A DNA stretch of 64,000 bases, taken from the NCBI GenBank assembly GCA_040285825.1, contig JAUPSS010000004.1, positions 1,840,550 through 1,904,549 of the forward strand, read 5' to 3'. A program made the position numbers and the translations under genes. The notes under the pieces were generated by a model, which had not been told where the DNA came from, did no database searches, and was given only the letters and a program-made list of their open reading frames with translations. Positions 21,651-33,840 of this stretch are shown here, piece after piece. Position 1 is the first letter of the stretch. Each line of letters starts with the position of its first letter. This DNA comes from Eukaryota sp. TZLM1-RC (Eukaryota; Protista; Metamonada: BaSk clade).

Positions 21651-23420
21651 ATTCTTTGGTTCTTTACTAGATGTTTGCGATAGTTCTGCTAGATGTTTCC
21701 TTCACTAAAAATGATTGCATATATGGATGATGTTGTGCTTATTGGTGATTTAAATATTGTGAAACAAGCAACTGTATGTTTTAAAGAATTATTTACCAAA
21801 ATTGGTCTCCGACTTAATTTACTTAAATGTGTTTTGTTATCGAATTCTCCAGTTTCCACAATAGTTGATGATATTGAAATTCAAGCCAAATTATATTCAA
21901 TTGATGCTATTCGTCATTTGGGTTCGTTTTTAGGAAATAATGATGAAATTACCAAAAAATTGTTTGAAAAGTTGAACTCAATTTCTGACAAAATTGACCG
22001 AATGATGAATTTAGATATAAAAAACACATCAAATTTACCATTATAAGACTGTGTTTTAGTTCCAATTTTAATCATATATTTCGATCTACAAATCCTCTCG
22101 TCACTAGACCTTTGGCTCAAAAGTTTAATGAGTTACGTGCAAAAGTTTTGTCTCAATTACTGGGATGTAAAATGTTTCAAATTCCAGATCGTGCTTATTT
22201 TAGTCCTCATTATGGCGGTTTAGGGTGGACGAAGGCTTCTATTCTTACATCGTGTGCTTTTGTTGGCGGATGCAGAAATGCAATCTTTGAGTTTTCCGAA
22301 AGATTTGCAGATTGGGAAGATTTATTGATGACAACGCAAAGTTCCACTGTTTTTGCATTAAATGAAGAAATTTCAAAAATTGATGTAGAAAAATGGGGTC
22401 GATGTTTTCCCCAATCATTCAATGGCAATATTCCAGAAAAAAATGTTTCAAATTTGAAGTACACTCTTCGAACATTACAGAAACGATTGACTGGAATGTA
22501 TGAAAAAGATCTTTATAATAATATATGCAGCTCGGCTGTTTTAAATCAAGATCTTCACTCATTGTTATTGGAGAAGGGTGTTTGTGAAAACAAGTCGTCA
22601 GATTCTTCACTTTTTGTAACTATTGTACCACGAAGATTTGGGTTGTGTGCCACTAATGAAGCATTTGTAACAAAAATGAGATTATATTTGAACATCCCCA
22701 TTAATCAATTATTATCAAAGAAAAATGTATTTGTTCGAATTCACCTCAACTCACTTTGAGCCATGCTCTGAATTGCTCTAAATTGATAACTTATCGTTCT
22801 TCATTACATGATGCTGTTAGAGACACTGTTTTCAATATGGCACAAACTGCAAGGATATCGTGTATCAAAGAGCCCCTGCTGAAGGAAACACTTTCTCTGA
22901 ATAATTTTGGTTCTGATGATAGAGGTGATGTATACTGTGATTGGATTGATAATTCTGAAGCTATTGTTGACTTTGTCTCATGTAATGTTGCAAATGATAC
23001 TTTGGTTCACAGAAGAAAACTTAATCCTGTGGCTGCTCTGGATTTTAAAGCAAAAGAGAAACATAGAAAATATGATAAAGATATTGAAGAGGCTAATGTC
23101 GATAGAAATACACAGCTGGTTTTTTTTGCTTTCCCATTTTCGATAAATGGAAGATTATCAGTTGAAGCAGAAACTTTTTTGAATGACTTCCAAAAAATGG
23201 TGCAAGAAAAAACAATGAAAAGATTTGATATATTTTTATGGCGTTCACGGATTCAATTTGCCATTATTAATAGATTACCCCGGTTTTTCAATCGAATTAG
23301 AGAAGCTTTAGCTAGACAGCAAGCAGATCAAGATTTTGTAGAGGAAATCTTGATTCAATGATAGTCGTCCCATTAGTTATGAGTTAATTTAATTAAGTGT
23401 GCAAATTCAATAAATAAAAA
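21651..23420 (+). mobile_element. CRE-like non-LTR retrotransposon family A, 5'-truncated and frameshifted (RT, Cys/His motif, RLE)
   Basis: RT 'IAYMDDVV', 'RHLGSFLG', 'YGGLG'; 'HALNC...HDAVRD'; RLE 'EP...RGDV...IVDF...KEKHRKY'; 3' UTR ending AATAAATAAAAAAA. Confidence 0.85.
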
Positions 23421-24284
23421 AATTAAACAATAGAAAACTAATAATAATAATAAAACTATATTTCCACATCAACCAACTTTTCTTCTACCTCAGTTTCTTG
23501 ATCGCTTAAGAATTGTTCATTTTCATATCAAATCATATCAGTAATTTATTCTTGCATATGTCAATTTAATGTTTTGATAGACTGTTAATTTTAGAGTTAA
23601 CCCTTATCCCCTTAGAAAACACTACCATACACTACTGAAATGTTTTTCTCTAGGTCAATTTTTCCACTTATTTTCAACTTACCTATGCCATTCACTTTAT
23701 TAGACTTCTTCTACAGACATTATCTCTACAAAGAAGAATGCATGAGAAGCTACAAAATTACGTGCTCTGCTCAGTCATTTGGTCCTTGGTGAAAGTCAAA
23801 GTGTCAAAGTGTCAAAGTGGAAATTATTCAGCAATTACTTGGTTGGCTGGCTCATCAATGAAGAAATTTGATGTAAGATACTGTATTATTACTGCTTGTT
23901 GTGAATTCAGCTTCTGACGAATTCATCTCGTATTTGACCACTCTAGAAATAACCAATTAAATTTTAAATTCAGAATTTATTTCAAACTTTGATGTGTTGA
24001 CTTGATGACTGTGGCGTTGATTTCTCTAATAACTACACATTCCCTTCCAAATACTGATGGTCTGGGTTCAATTCTGTATAAAAATAAACTTAACAACTAT
24101 TCTTTTCAACATTTTGTATAAAGCTATTCAAGACAAAAAGCATGTTGCAAAGTTAATACGATAATAGTTTCTGAATATTTAATCGTGTGACAAGTTAATG
24201 GAGAAGGTAGACTAGAGTACCTGTGAAGATCCAAAGTGGTAGTGATGATGTTAAAAAATTAAGCTAAAGGTCATAAGCTCGAAA

Positions 24285-24697
24285 TCACCCCGGGAACGAG
24301 ATTTCTCAAACAGATCCAAAAACACTTTGAAAACGTCAAAGTGGGGGACGAGTTTACGACCTCACCAAAAGTGAATTGTTGTAAGGTCTTCCGTAGAAAG
24401 ATACATCATGATGACGGAAAGGTAAATAACGCTAAGTTCGATTGACCTCGATGTCAGACCAACTGGTATAATGACATCTCAGCCTCTAGAAATCAGCTGG
24501 AGATTGCAATCAGTGAGTATTTCAATGGTACTAGGCCAGAACCATTCAGAAGGCCAAGGCGTGTTAGACGTCTACGAAGACAGCAATAGCTGTTTTCATC
24601 AACGTATTTCCAAGGTGTTTAGTGTATACTAACCCTTGGTGCTGAGAAGTTTACACAATTATCAGGAATCACACCATTTGATGCGAAATTCTCTGTA
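24285..24697 (+). mobile_element. Fanzor family C remnant, copy 1, plus 3' tail
   Basis: 'TPGTRFLKQIQKHF...CCKVF..HDDGKVNN.KF...CQTNWYNDISASRNQLEIA...RPEPFRRP', homologous to 39927-40290. Confidence 0.75.
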
Positions 24698-24731
24698 CAG
24701 AAGACACTAATTTCTATTCCTATACCACCCA

Positions 24732-25898
24732 ATGGCTCTTTTCAAGAACAAACCAAGGTGTAGCTCTCAGTCTTCTGTTCCCAATCAAACAACAAATCGC
24801 CCACAGCTTGTTGAATCGTTTTACAATACAGTTAAAGTCGGAATACAACTTGAGGAATCAAACCAACATTCTCAAGCCACACAACATTACCGTACTGCTC
24901 TCAATCTTGCCAAACAAATACTATCTATAGATGGAGAATGGGACTCTGACAGACCTTTAGATAAGTTCAAGAGTATTGTCACGGAGTGCCAGTTCAGACT
25001 TAAGTTTCTCTCAATGCCTAAAAACCTTCAAACTATTGCCAAGACCTCCATGGTGTATCCGTCTAATGACTTTGCTTTTGATCAAATAGCTGGTCTATCA
25101 TCGGCGAAACAAGCCCTTTATGAATCTGTAATACTCCCCATGAAGAACCCTTCCCTCTTTACTGGCTTGCGGACCCAAACCAAAGGAGTGTTACTGTTTG
25201 GTCCTCCGGGTACAGGCAAAACATTTTTGGCTAGGGTATTGGCTTCTGAATGTATGGCGAGTTTCTTTGCAATTAGTGCTAGTTCAATCACAAACAAATT
25301 TTTCGGGGAATCAGAATCTAAACTTCGTGATCTCTTCTCAACGGCGAGGCATTTTTCCCCTTCTGTTATATTTTTTGATGAAATTGACGCGTTGCTAATG
25401 TCGAGAGATGCAGATAGTTCAGAGACTACAAGAAGAATTAAAACTGAGTTATTCGTTCAGTTAGATGGAATTGTGGAGGATTCTGACAACCCGGTCTTCA
25501 TTGCCAGCACCAATTGTCCATGGGTCCTTGATGAAGCAATTATCAGAAGGTTTACGAAGAGAATTTACATCCCTTTGCCAGACAAACAGTGCAGATTGGA
25601 GTTGGTATCAAAGTTGTTGGAAAAACATCGGAATTCATTATCCAAGAGACAAATCTCCTTCATTGCAAATCACACAGAAACTTTCTCAGGAGCTGACATT
25701 AAAATTCTCTGTCAAGAAGCCTCAATGGTAGCCATTCGAGAACTGTCAAAAGATGATATTCAAAACATAAAACCTGAGGATGTTAGAGAAATTACTCTGT
25801 CTGATTTTAAAATAGCATTAAATTCTGTTCGTCCAACAGTAAATTGTGAAAATTTGGTTCGATTCGACCAATGGAACCAGAAATTTGGGAATCAATGA
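24732..25898 (+). CDS. MIT-domain AAA ATPase, spastin/fidgetin/katanin family
   Basis: N-terminal MIT-like helices, Walker A 'GPPGTGKT', Walker B 'IFFDEID', SRH 'STNCPWVLDEAIIRRF', Vps4-C 'WNQKFG'. Confidence 0.9.
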   Translation: MALFKNKPRCSSQSSVPNQTTNRPQLVESFYNTVKVGIQLEESNQHSQATQHYRTALNLAKQILSIDGEWDSDRPLDKFKSIVTECQFRLKFLSMPKNLQTIAKTSMVYPSNDFAFDQIAGLSSAKQALYESVILPMKNPSLFTGLRTQTKGVLLFGPPGTGKTFLARVLASECMASFFAISASSITNKFFGESESKLRDLFSTARHFSPSVIFFDEIDALLMSRDADSSETTRRIKTELFVQLDGIVEDSDNPVFIASTNCPWVLDEAIIRRFTKRIYIPLPDKQCRLELVSKLLEKHRNSLSKRQISFIANHTETFSGADIKILCQEASMVAIRELSKDDIQNIKPEDVREITLSDFKIALNSVRPTVNCENLVRFDQWNQKFGNQ

Positions 25899-26825
25899 TT
25901 TTATTTGTGTATATTCATTCAATAAAGTGTTGCTTACTATGACAGTAGCAAAGATGCGATTTGCAGTCGATCTAGTGGATTATCCAATGAGTAATGAATC
26001 GGCAACACCTTAGCTGTTCGATTATTTCTGTTTGGGAGTGGATCATAGTCCATCATCTATTCGTTTTGGGCATACCATTTGTAATTCATGTGTTAGTTTG
26101 TTAAGCAGGATTATTTTATATCACATTGAATAAATGTACGAATTAAGAAAAGTATTGTGATTTTCCTTATTTAATTGAAAAAAATTTCAACACACATGAT
26201 ATCAATCTTGAAAAATATAAAAAATGTGACCACTCTACTACCAAACCCTTGAAGCCAAGAATCATTATGAAACAATATTTATTGAATAATTTTATCAAAT
26301 TTTCATTAAAAGGAACTTGCTTCTCAATAAAATCAATACAATTTATCCTTGTTGATATTGCTCACATTGAAATTTGCATCATTTTTGGTTTCACTTATTC
26401 TTTGAACACTGGTGAACATTATCTCTACCACTTCATGAATATTTCCATTATATGGTGTTAATGGACAGTCACCAGATGCTGAGAGTTCTATGCTTTTGTC
26501 TTTGAAATAATTTCAAATAATAATTCACCATTTGTGCCAGTATGTGGTTAGTAGTTTTAGAAATCAGGAATTCCTTGAAGTATTTTGCCACAGCGCAGCC
26601 ACCATCCAAATTCTCAGTGAACTCTACTAGTCAGAAAGTGTCAGCTCAGGAGTCTACAGCTTTATCTCCAGATACTTTTTGTTAATAGTTGGAAAAATGA
26701 TGGTTTATTTAAGTCTACTCCAACAACTGATAACAACAACTTCGGTGCAACTAACATCAATAAATACAAAACAACTCTAATAAACACAACTCAATCAAAT
26801 CAAATACAATCAAATTTGATTAATT

Positions 26826-29800
26826 TCAACTAATTGTTTTCCATTTTGGCCTAAACCTTCTAGATTCTTCCATTGCTAAGTACTCCACCCTGCGCATGAC
26901 CGCCTTCTTTAGCTCTTCGTCTCCGGTATTTTCTGCTTCGTTATTAGCAAACGACAGTGAATTCCGGGGGACCAGAATAGGTTTAGAATCAGTTTTGCCA
27001 ACTTTCTTGCACACACCTCCCCTTTGTCTATTAAACAATCTCACCACCGTAAACTCGGAATGCTCAAAGTTCGACGAATCTTGCCCTTGCCTAACAAGAG
27101 GAACATTGACCTCAAGACCTGATTTCGTTTGAGCAGTGTTGAAATTTTGAGTGATTGAATCATTTACTAATTCTGAAAAGGCTTTGTCAAAATCATCTTC
27201 TGCTTCTGCTTCTGCTTCTTCTTCGTCATCCTCATAATCTGGCTCATGTTCAGACCAATCAGAAGCATCAAGACCATCAGAATCGTGTTGACCTTGATTA
27301 ACTTCAGTACTGCTGTCAACTTCAGATTCAACTTCTGTTTCAGAATCATTTCTTGCTAATTCTCGTGTTTCCACTGAATTCTGACCTATAATCTCCAAAA
27401 GTCTTGTCGCTTCCTCTATTGACGATGTGTCGACTGCTCCATTTAGACCTAATAAACATTCCTGAATGGAAACTTTAACTTCTTCAGAAACAGAACCAAC
27501 AAGTTCCAACTGGCGAAACACAAACATTTGTGCGTATATCACCACAGAACACACAGGATGACTCCTTATTGAGGCTATTGAAGGTTTAATGGTCCTTCTC
27601 CCTCTTCTATTGAACCCTTTGTTCTTCTCTTTAACAGCTTGAGGAATTAAAGGTTTGATCAAAGAAAGGGCAACCAATACTCGGAAAGTATCAAAATTGA
27701 TACCTGATGATGTGTCAGGACCAGGAAAGTTGAAGAGCAAGTCTGTAGCAAATGATACTAGAGCAGAAGTTGGAATAGCAGCCAAAAACGCCAAATGACC
27801 AATCAAACCGGCAATCGACAGCCGAAGTTGCCTTTTTGTCTCATCACCAGTCAGAAAACCATACTTTAAGGCATCCAAACCTTCATCAACCACTCTAACC
27901 AATACCTCGGGATGGTGATCAGATAGGAAAGAAAGAGTTTTGGCCAAGTGGGCTACACGCAGGCCTAGTTGAGGGGCCATGGTGAGGAAAGTGTTTACAA
28001 TAAAATTAAAATCATCATCAGTCCAGTCCATTCTTCTAAGAGAGTCACAGGACTTCCCTGGACTTTTATAACAATTTGATAGAACATGAATAATCCATTT
28101 TTGCTCAGTGGTCAGCTCCTCAATTCCTGTATTCGCTTTCTCGGGAGGGGTGCAGGCATGCCATGCATTGGATACCAGTGATTTCATTCTGTCGTCTAAT
28201 ATTTTGTGAGTGGTAATCTTCTTCAACCTTTCCAAAACAGTAAATAGATGCGGTTTCACGTGTTCGTTGTGGTAAAGGAAGCGTCCACACCCCTCTAGCA
28301 GTAGACACGCAGCTGAAATGTTGTGGTGTTGAAACTTGGAGAGTGCCTTAACCAGACATTTTAAAACAATGGAGGGGGGAGCAACTGAGAACTTACACAA
28401 TTCTGCTAAAAGTGCAGCATCTTTTGTGAGGAAATTTCCACTTTTGGATGACTGTGACGAAATCTTAGAATGTTTGTGAAACGACCCGACTAATTTATCA
28501 AGAACCAATTGACCCACTTCTGGAAACACAATACTAAGAGTGGCTATCGTACGAGCATAGAAAGGAAGAACGGAAAGTCTGTTGGCAGGGGGTGAAAGCA
28601 AAGCCATTGCAACTCTCTTTCTTTTAGTTTTTGATTTACCAATGGTCAAGGCAATATCAATAATCAATTTATCGCACTTCTCGGTGTTGAAAACATCAGG
28701 TAATTGTTGAAGTAATAAGGATAAAGTATCATGAACTTTGGATAAATTTTGTGTTTCGGTCACGTCATTGGTGACGTCAGCAGTCACATCATCATTGACT
28801 TCGGTTGACTCATCAACTGACGGTCTTCTGTCAATGTAGTTTTCTGGTAACAACTCAGGTAAGGGGAGAAGCAAAGTGTAAAAAGTTTTCGACTCTGTGG
28901 AATCGAATGCCCCCCATTCTTCGTCATCAATCGAATTTGATTGAAAATCAGTTGTAATCAGAACTTTTCCTTTTTCTTCCTCCTCAATTTCAAGTTTCTT
29001 AATTTCCAAACAAGAGGCATCTATTTCACTATTCAAACTGAAAACCGAAAGAGCCGAAACGATCCTATTAATTCTATTTTTTAAAACAACTTCTCTTTTA
29101 GATTCAAATTCACTTATTGAACCTTTTTGGGCAAGAAAGGCTTCATTTTCGGCAACAACACGTGACCAAAGGGTCATTGTGTGGTGTGAAAAGGAAACAA
29201 GGAGGTCTGCATAGTTTTTAATCAATTCAATCAACTTTGATTGATTAGAATCTGATTGGCAATGTTTAAAAACTGAAAAATGTCCCAAATCTCCATAAAA
29301 CCGAAGAAAAGAAATAAAACAAGGTAAATTATATAGTGAACTGCCTTCATCACGGTCATAAATTCCTTGTTTGTGACCCCCTGGCGCCCCCGGACGACCC
29401 CCAGCTAATCTTTCTGACCTGATGATGTGATCAGCCTCAGCTTTATCTTCCAAATACAATCTCTCCAACAATCCAATCAAACCACCAGAATCTCCACTCA
29501 AACCGGCAAGTGATAGCTCAGTCAACAACAGCAGAGAAGCTCTCCGTTGAGCAGGAGATGTTCTATTTTTAGTAACATTATCAGATAGGGGATACTTGAG
29601 AACCGCCATAGTCCTGAGTGCATCAAAAGAGTCAACCCCTATCAAGGTAGAAAGTAGATGGGAAAGCAAATCACTGGAGAAGGAGGGATACAGTCTGTGA
29701 AAGATTGAGCATAGCTTACAGGTGAGAAAGAATTCAGAGTGGTGGCGGTGGTTTAACTTGGATGTACCAATGGATTGGGAGAGCTCAGAGACGAACTTGG

Positions 29801-30068
29801 ATAGATTGAGGCGTTGAGCATCCTTAAGGAGAGCAGGGATGGACTCAGCAGAGAGTTGCTTTAGTTTACGTACATAAGAAGTGGTTTTCTTGATGTTGCT
29901 GTCAAGTCTAGCAGTACTTTGGCTGTCATAGGAAACATTAGTGTTGAGAGGGTAACTGTTGATATGTTCATTCCTCGCAGAGGACATCTGTGAGGCTTCC
30001 TGTTCATGACGTTCTCTTTCACGTTCAACAAGTTTTTTGTACTCCCCTATTGGGTCAAAGGTTTCCAT
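26826..30068 (-). CDS. UPF2: Nonsense-mediated decay factor UPF2
   Basis: 'LDSNIKKTTSYVRKLK', 'LNLSKFVSE', 'LPFYARTIATL', 'ACLLLEGCGRFL', 'LRRMDW', acidic C-terminus. Confidence 0.9.
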   Translation of the reverse strand: METFDPIGEYKKLVERERERHEQEASQMSSARNEHINSYPLNTNVSYDSQSTARLDSNIKKTTSYVRKLKQLSAESIPALLKDAQRLNLSKFVSELSQSIGTSKLNHRHHSEFFLTCKLCSIFHRLYPSFSSDLLSHLLSTLIGVDSFDALRTMAVLKYPLSDNVTKNRTSPAQRRASLLLLTELSLAGLSGDSGGLIGLLERLYLEDKAEADHIIRSERLAGGRPGAPGGHKQGIYDRDEGSSLYNLPCFISFLRFYGDLGHFSVFKHCQSDSNQSKLIELIKNYADLLVSFSHHTMTLWSRVVAENEAFLAQKGSISEFESKREVVLKNRINRIVSALSVFSLNSEIDASCLEIKKLEIEEEEKGKVLITTDFQSNSIDDEEWGAFDSTESKTFYTLLLPLPELLPENYIDRRPSVDESTEVNDDVTADVTNDVTETQNLSKVHDTLSLLLQQLPDVFNTEKCDKLIIDIALTIGKSKTKRKRVAMALLSPPANRLSVLPFYARTIATLSIVFPEVGQLVLDKLVGSFHKHSKISSQSSKSGNFLTKDAALLAELCKFSVAPPSIVLKCLVKALSKFQHHNISAACLLLEGCGRFLYHNEHVKPHLFTVLERLKKITTHKILDDRMKSLVSNAWHACTPPEKANTGIEELTTEQKWIIHVLSNCYKSPGKSCDSLRRMDWTDDDFNFIVNTFLTMAPQLGLRVAHLAKTLSFLSDHHPEVLVRVVDEGLDALKYGFLTGDETKRQLRLSIAGLIGHLAFLAAIPTSALVSFATDLLFNFPGPDTSSGINFDTFRVLVALSLIKPLIPQAVKEKNKGFNRRGRRTIKPSIASIRSHPVCSVVIYAQMFVFRQLELVGSVSEEVKVSIQECLLGLNGAVDTSSIEEATRLLEIIGQNSVETRELARNDSETEVESEVDSSTEVNQGQHDSDGLDASDWSEHEPDYEDDEEEAEAEAEDDFDKAFSELVNDSITQNFNTAQTKSGLEVNVPLVRQGQDSSNFEHSEFTVVRLFNRQRGGVCKKVGKTDSKPILVPRNSLSFANNEAENTGDEELKKAVMRRVEYLAMEESRRFRPKWKTIS

Positions 30069-30662
30069 GGGGTATTAAGATTTATCATTGAATTTTTTAA
30101 TTGTAAAAATTAGGGTCTTTCTGGCAGACTTTATTCTAAGTAAAAGGATATCCCTTAGTCATGAATGTAGCAATGAGTTAGATTATAGATATTATGAGCA
30201 ATATTGTGATCTCTGCTTCAAGAGAATCCACATTCAATGTCGTCAGTACCTAGACTTCATGTGCGAATGAGATAAAATCACGGAAAAAATCTCACAACTG
30301 CTGGAAAATGGTTATCTTGATTATTGAAATTCGAATGGAAGGAAAATGTCTGTGTTCCGTCAATGGGCGCCTTTTAATCGCCACATTCCAGATCAATATT
30401 TCAGGTCAAAACATTTTACCCTAAAAGTACCTCTATTTGGAACCTATTTAAGCAAATAGGTTATCAAAATCAATGGTTGGCTTAAAGGAAGAACAGAAGG
30501 GCCTGAGATTAATTAAGCACAAGCGATGGGTGACTCAGGAAAACTTGGGTTAGAGGAAGAAAAGATTTGATGATACTCGATGATCCTCTGATAAATAAAT
30601 AAACTTTCAGTTGAATTTGTTTAAGGCGTTTTTCCCCTGGTTATCTTCTGCTTTGTTAATTC

Positions 30663-33600
30663 TTGGTCACCTTTATGAAAGAAGAACTTCCAGTCAATCC
30701 TTCTTGGCTGATTTTGGGTTGGAAGATATGGAACTCTAAATTTATTGGAATACCAAAAGGAATTAGTAATTCTTCGTCTTCTACTTACAAAGATTGCCGG
30801 GGATTTTTGCAAGCTTGGATTTTGATGGTGGACTTGACTTGGCCAAGAAAGAGAATCCCGCTTTTGCAAATCCTTTACAATATACGGTTATGGCAATTAA
30901 TGTTAATAGGTGTATTATTCTGTTTATCAGTCTAAATCAAATGAACTGCTATAATCAATTAATAAATACCAGATTTCTCAAAAACATTGCATCTGACACC
31001 ATGCGAAGAATTGCCGTGTGCTCATCCCCCAGTTATTCTTCTGGCTTTATCCATCTTAGTCAAAAACTGGAAAAACAGTTTTATTCTTTTGATGCCAACC
31101 ACTGTCTGCTGAAAGACCCGTTTGTCTTTTTTTCAGACGGAAAAACCTTGCTTCGTAGGATCTTAAACCTTATTGGTTATTATCAACCCCATTGGTTTTT
31201 TAATCACAATTTGATGCAGTTTGATTTACAGGTTTTAAAAAGAAGATTAAATAATTTTGATTTACCATTTCCCACTGTTCGAGATGATGCAACAGTTGAT
31301 GTACTCAGTCAACTTTCACTAAGATGGAGAGTAGTTGTCATCAGGGAAAATGGCTTTTTTCTTTTACTTATTTTGGTTTTTGCCAAAAAATTTATTAAAA
31401 TACCCTACGGACATGGATTAGGCAATTTGGCATATAAAACGATAACTGAAAAGAAAAGCAAACTTCATCAGGAATTTTCCCATATATTACCAATTGATTG
31501 TTTAGCTACTTCTCCACTGAGACAAAATTGGATTCAATATGGGCTTCATGATTGCATCCTTTGTCTGAAACTTTTCGTGCTGTTTCAGAAAGACAAATTT
31601 ATTTTATCATCTTATAAAACCATTCGAGCAACCGTCTACTCAATGGTTAAACATTCAAATGTGATACTCAAATTGAGAGAAACTGCTTTAAAATTTCAAC
31701 AGTTACGTATTCACACCACATGTTGCTTAAAGCTGTATTTACAGTCTCGTTATGAACGTAATTTTATACCACCACGAATATCTGCCCAATTATATGAATC
31801 ATTAATGGCCAGAATTCGTTATATTTCAGCTGAGTATTATGGGCAAGAAATGGTGAAACCAAAAAGTGCATTTCCAGGGGATTTTGATAACTTTGTTTAT
31901 GGTGAAGTAGATTATAGATTATCGACCACCATTGAACAACAAAAATCGAACAAAACATTGAGTTATGTAGACCATTTGAGGTATAGGCCTGAGTTTGTTC
32001 CACAATTTCCAACTGATGGCTTCAGTAGACCACCTGAGTATATGGCCCCAGTAATGTTTGCCATTTTGAGAATAATTTGAAATTAAGTTATGAAAAACAT
32101 ATTAATCGATTTATTAATATTTATTTTGACAAACAAGATGTGGAAAATGTGTTAGCAGAAATGCACAAGCTGGGTGGAGGTTCTACGCCATCATCTACAA
32201 TTGCTTCACTATATAGGTTTAGGCTTCGTCAACACAAAAACTTGTTTTTTGTTGATGATAGAGATTGCTTGAGTTCCTTGTTACAATATCCTCAAAATAT
32301 TTCAGACCTTCTGAATGATGAATTTTTTGATTTATGTGAACAACATGATATAAGAATTGATGAACTTAGAGACATATTTGAAGGTCTTATTGAGCCATTA
32401 ACCTGCCAAAATGAAAATTTGGTCACTGACGAAAATTTGGTTGACAATATATTTCCAGTGGACATACATTTTCTTGCAGACGCTGTTGAAAAAGATCCTC
32501 AAATATTCCTAAAACCAGCAATTACAATTGCCCAATATATCTCCAGTAGAGAGAAAAAACCTGATCATATTTCTCCTGTTTCAACCACTGTAGGCCCTGG
32601 ATATTTTCCTATTGATACAAGAACAATATGGAGAATTATTAGACAAACATTGATGGATGATTTATCATCTACACAGACGATGAAAATGTCCAATACACTA
32701 GCCCAAATTACGAAATTCAAACCACCTGGGCAACTTGAATTTTGCTCTAATATTCTCGATTTGAACCAAACAATGTTCAAACAAAAGAGCTATAAATTCA
32801 ACAACATTATCCACACAGATGGATTTAATATTGCAGTAGAATTTGTTCATCAAAACTTACAAGGTCAGAAATGTAAGCCAGACAACAAGGCTAGTATTTC
32901 GGATTTATATATTGATGATGTTGATACTTTTCAAGGCAGACGAATTGTTGTTTGTGATCCTGGAAAACGTGGTTTATTGTATTTTGGGAGTAAAAAAACG
33001 GATCAAGAACTAGTAATGGTGCCTAAACACAAAACTGAACAGCAAAGAAATAGTCGGCTGATGAATCAAAACAAGAAGTACAGATTGTTGAGAATGACTC
33101 AGATGTATTGCTCTTTGAAAAGTAGAATGAATGAAAAACAAAAACGATGGGCGACAAAGTATACTGAAGTAGATTACGACAGGAACGAAATGATAGAGTC
33201 TACCGAAATGACAATCGAAGGCAAACACTGAATTATCCGCGTTTGCTGACAATTTAGCATCTTTTATAGATTTTTCCAACTTTGTGGTTGCCAAACTTCG
33301 GCAAGTTTTCTTGATAATTGACTTGTTAAAAAGCCTTGTTCAGCAGTTTGGCAACCCAAAAGACACTTTGATTCTAATGGGTGATTATAGTAAAAAAGGT
33401 TCCAAGAATTTGAAACATCATAGGCCTACTCGTGGCATTGGATGGATTCAATTTCTGAAAAGAAATGGATTTGAAGTATTGATGATTAATGAAGCTTTCA
33501 CTTCAGCAAAATGTCCTGTTTGTTTTGAAAAGGTTGCTACGTTTTTGAAAGTAACAAATCCCAGATTCTATAGAAGAGAAAAGACTCCTGTTTCTACATG

Positions 33601-33818
33601 TCATGGTTTATTAGCTTGTAATAGTGAGAGTTGCAAACACAGTAACAAAGGCTCAACAAAGCTCTTCAATAGAAATAAGCTGGCTTGTCTGAACATGTTT
33701 GCAATTGCTGAAGCCAGAGTGAGTGGTAATGAAAGGCCTCAGTATCTGTGTAGTTGATAGTTTTTGTAATTTTTCCGCAGGAAAATTGATCGTGTAATTA
33801 TGGGAATTTCCCACACTA
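30663..33818 (+). mobile_element. Fanzor family D with N-terminal PolB/DnaQ-type 3'-5' exonuclease domain; frameshifted
   Basis: Exo motifs 'ASLDFD', 'PHWFFNHNLMQFDLQVL', 'QYGLHDC' run in frame into a Fanzor N-terminus 'YKTIRATVYSMV..LRIHTTCCLKLYL'. RuvC-I 'VCDPGK', RuvC-II 'INEAFTS', Zn finger CPVC/HGLLAC, RuvC-III 'NRNKLACLNM'. Confidence 0.82.
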
Positions 33819-33840
33819 AATCTTCGTCTATTCTATTCAG

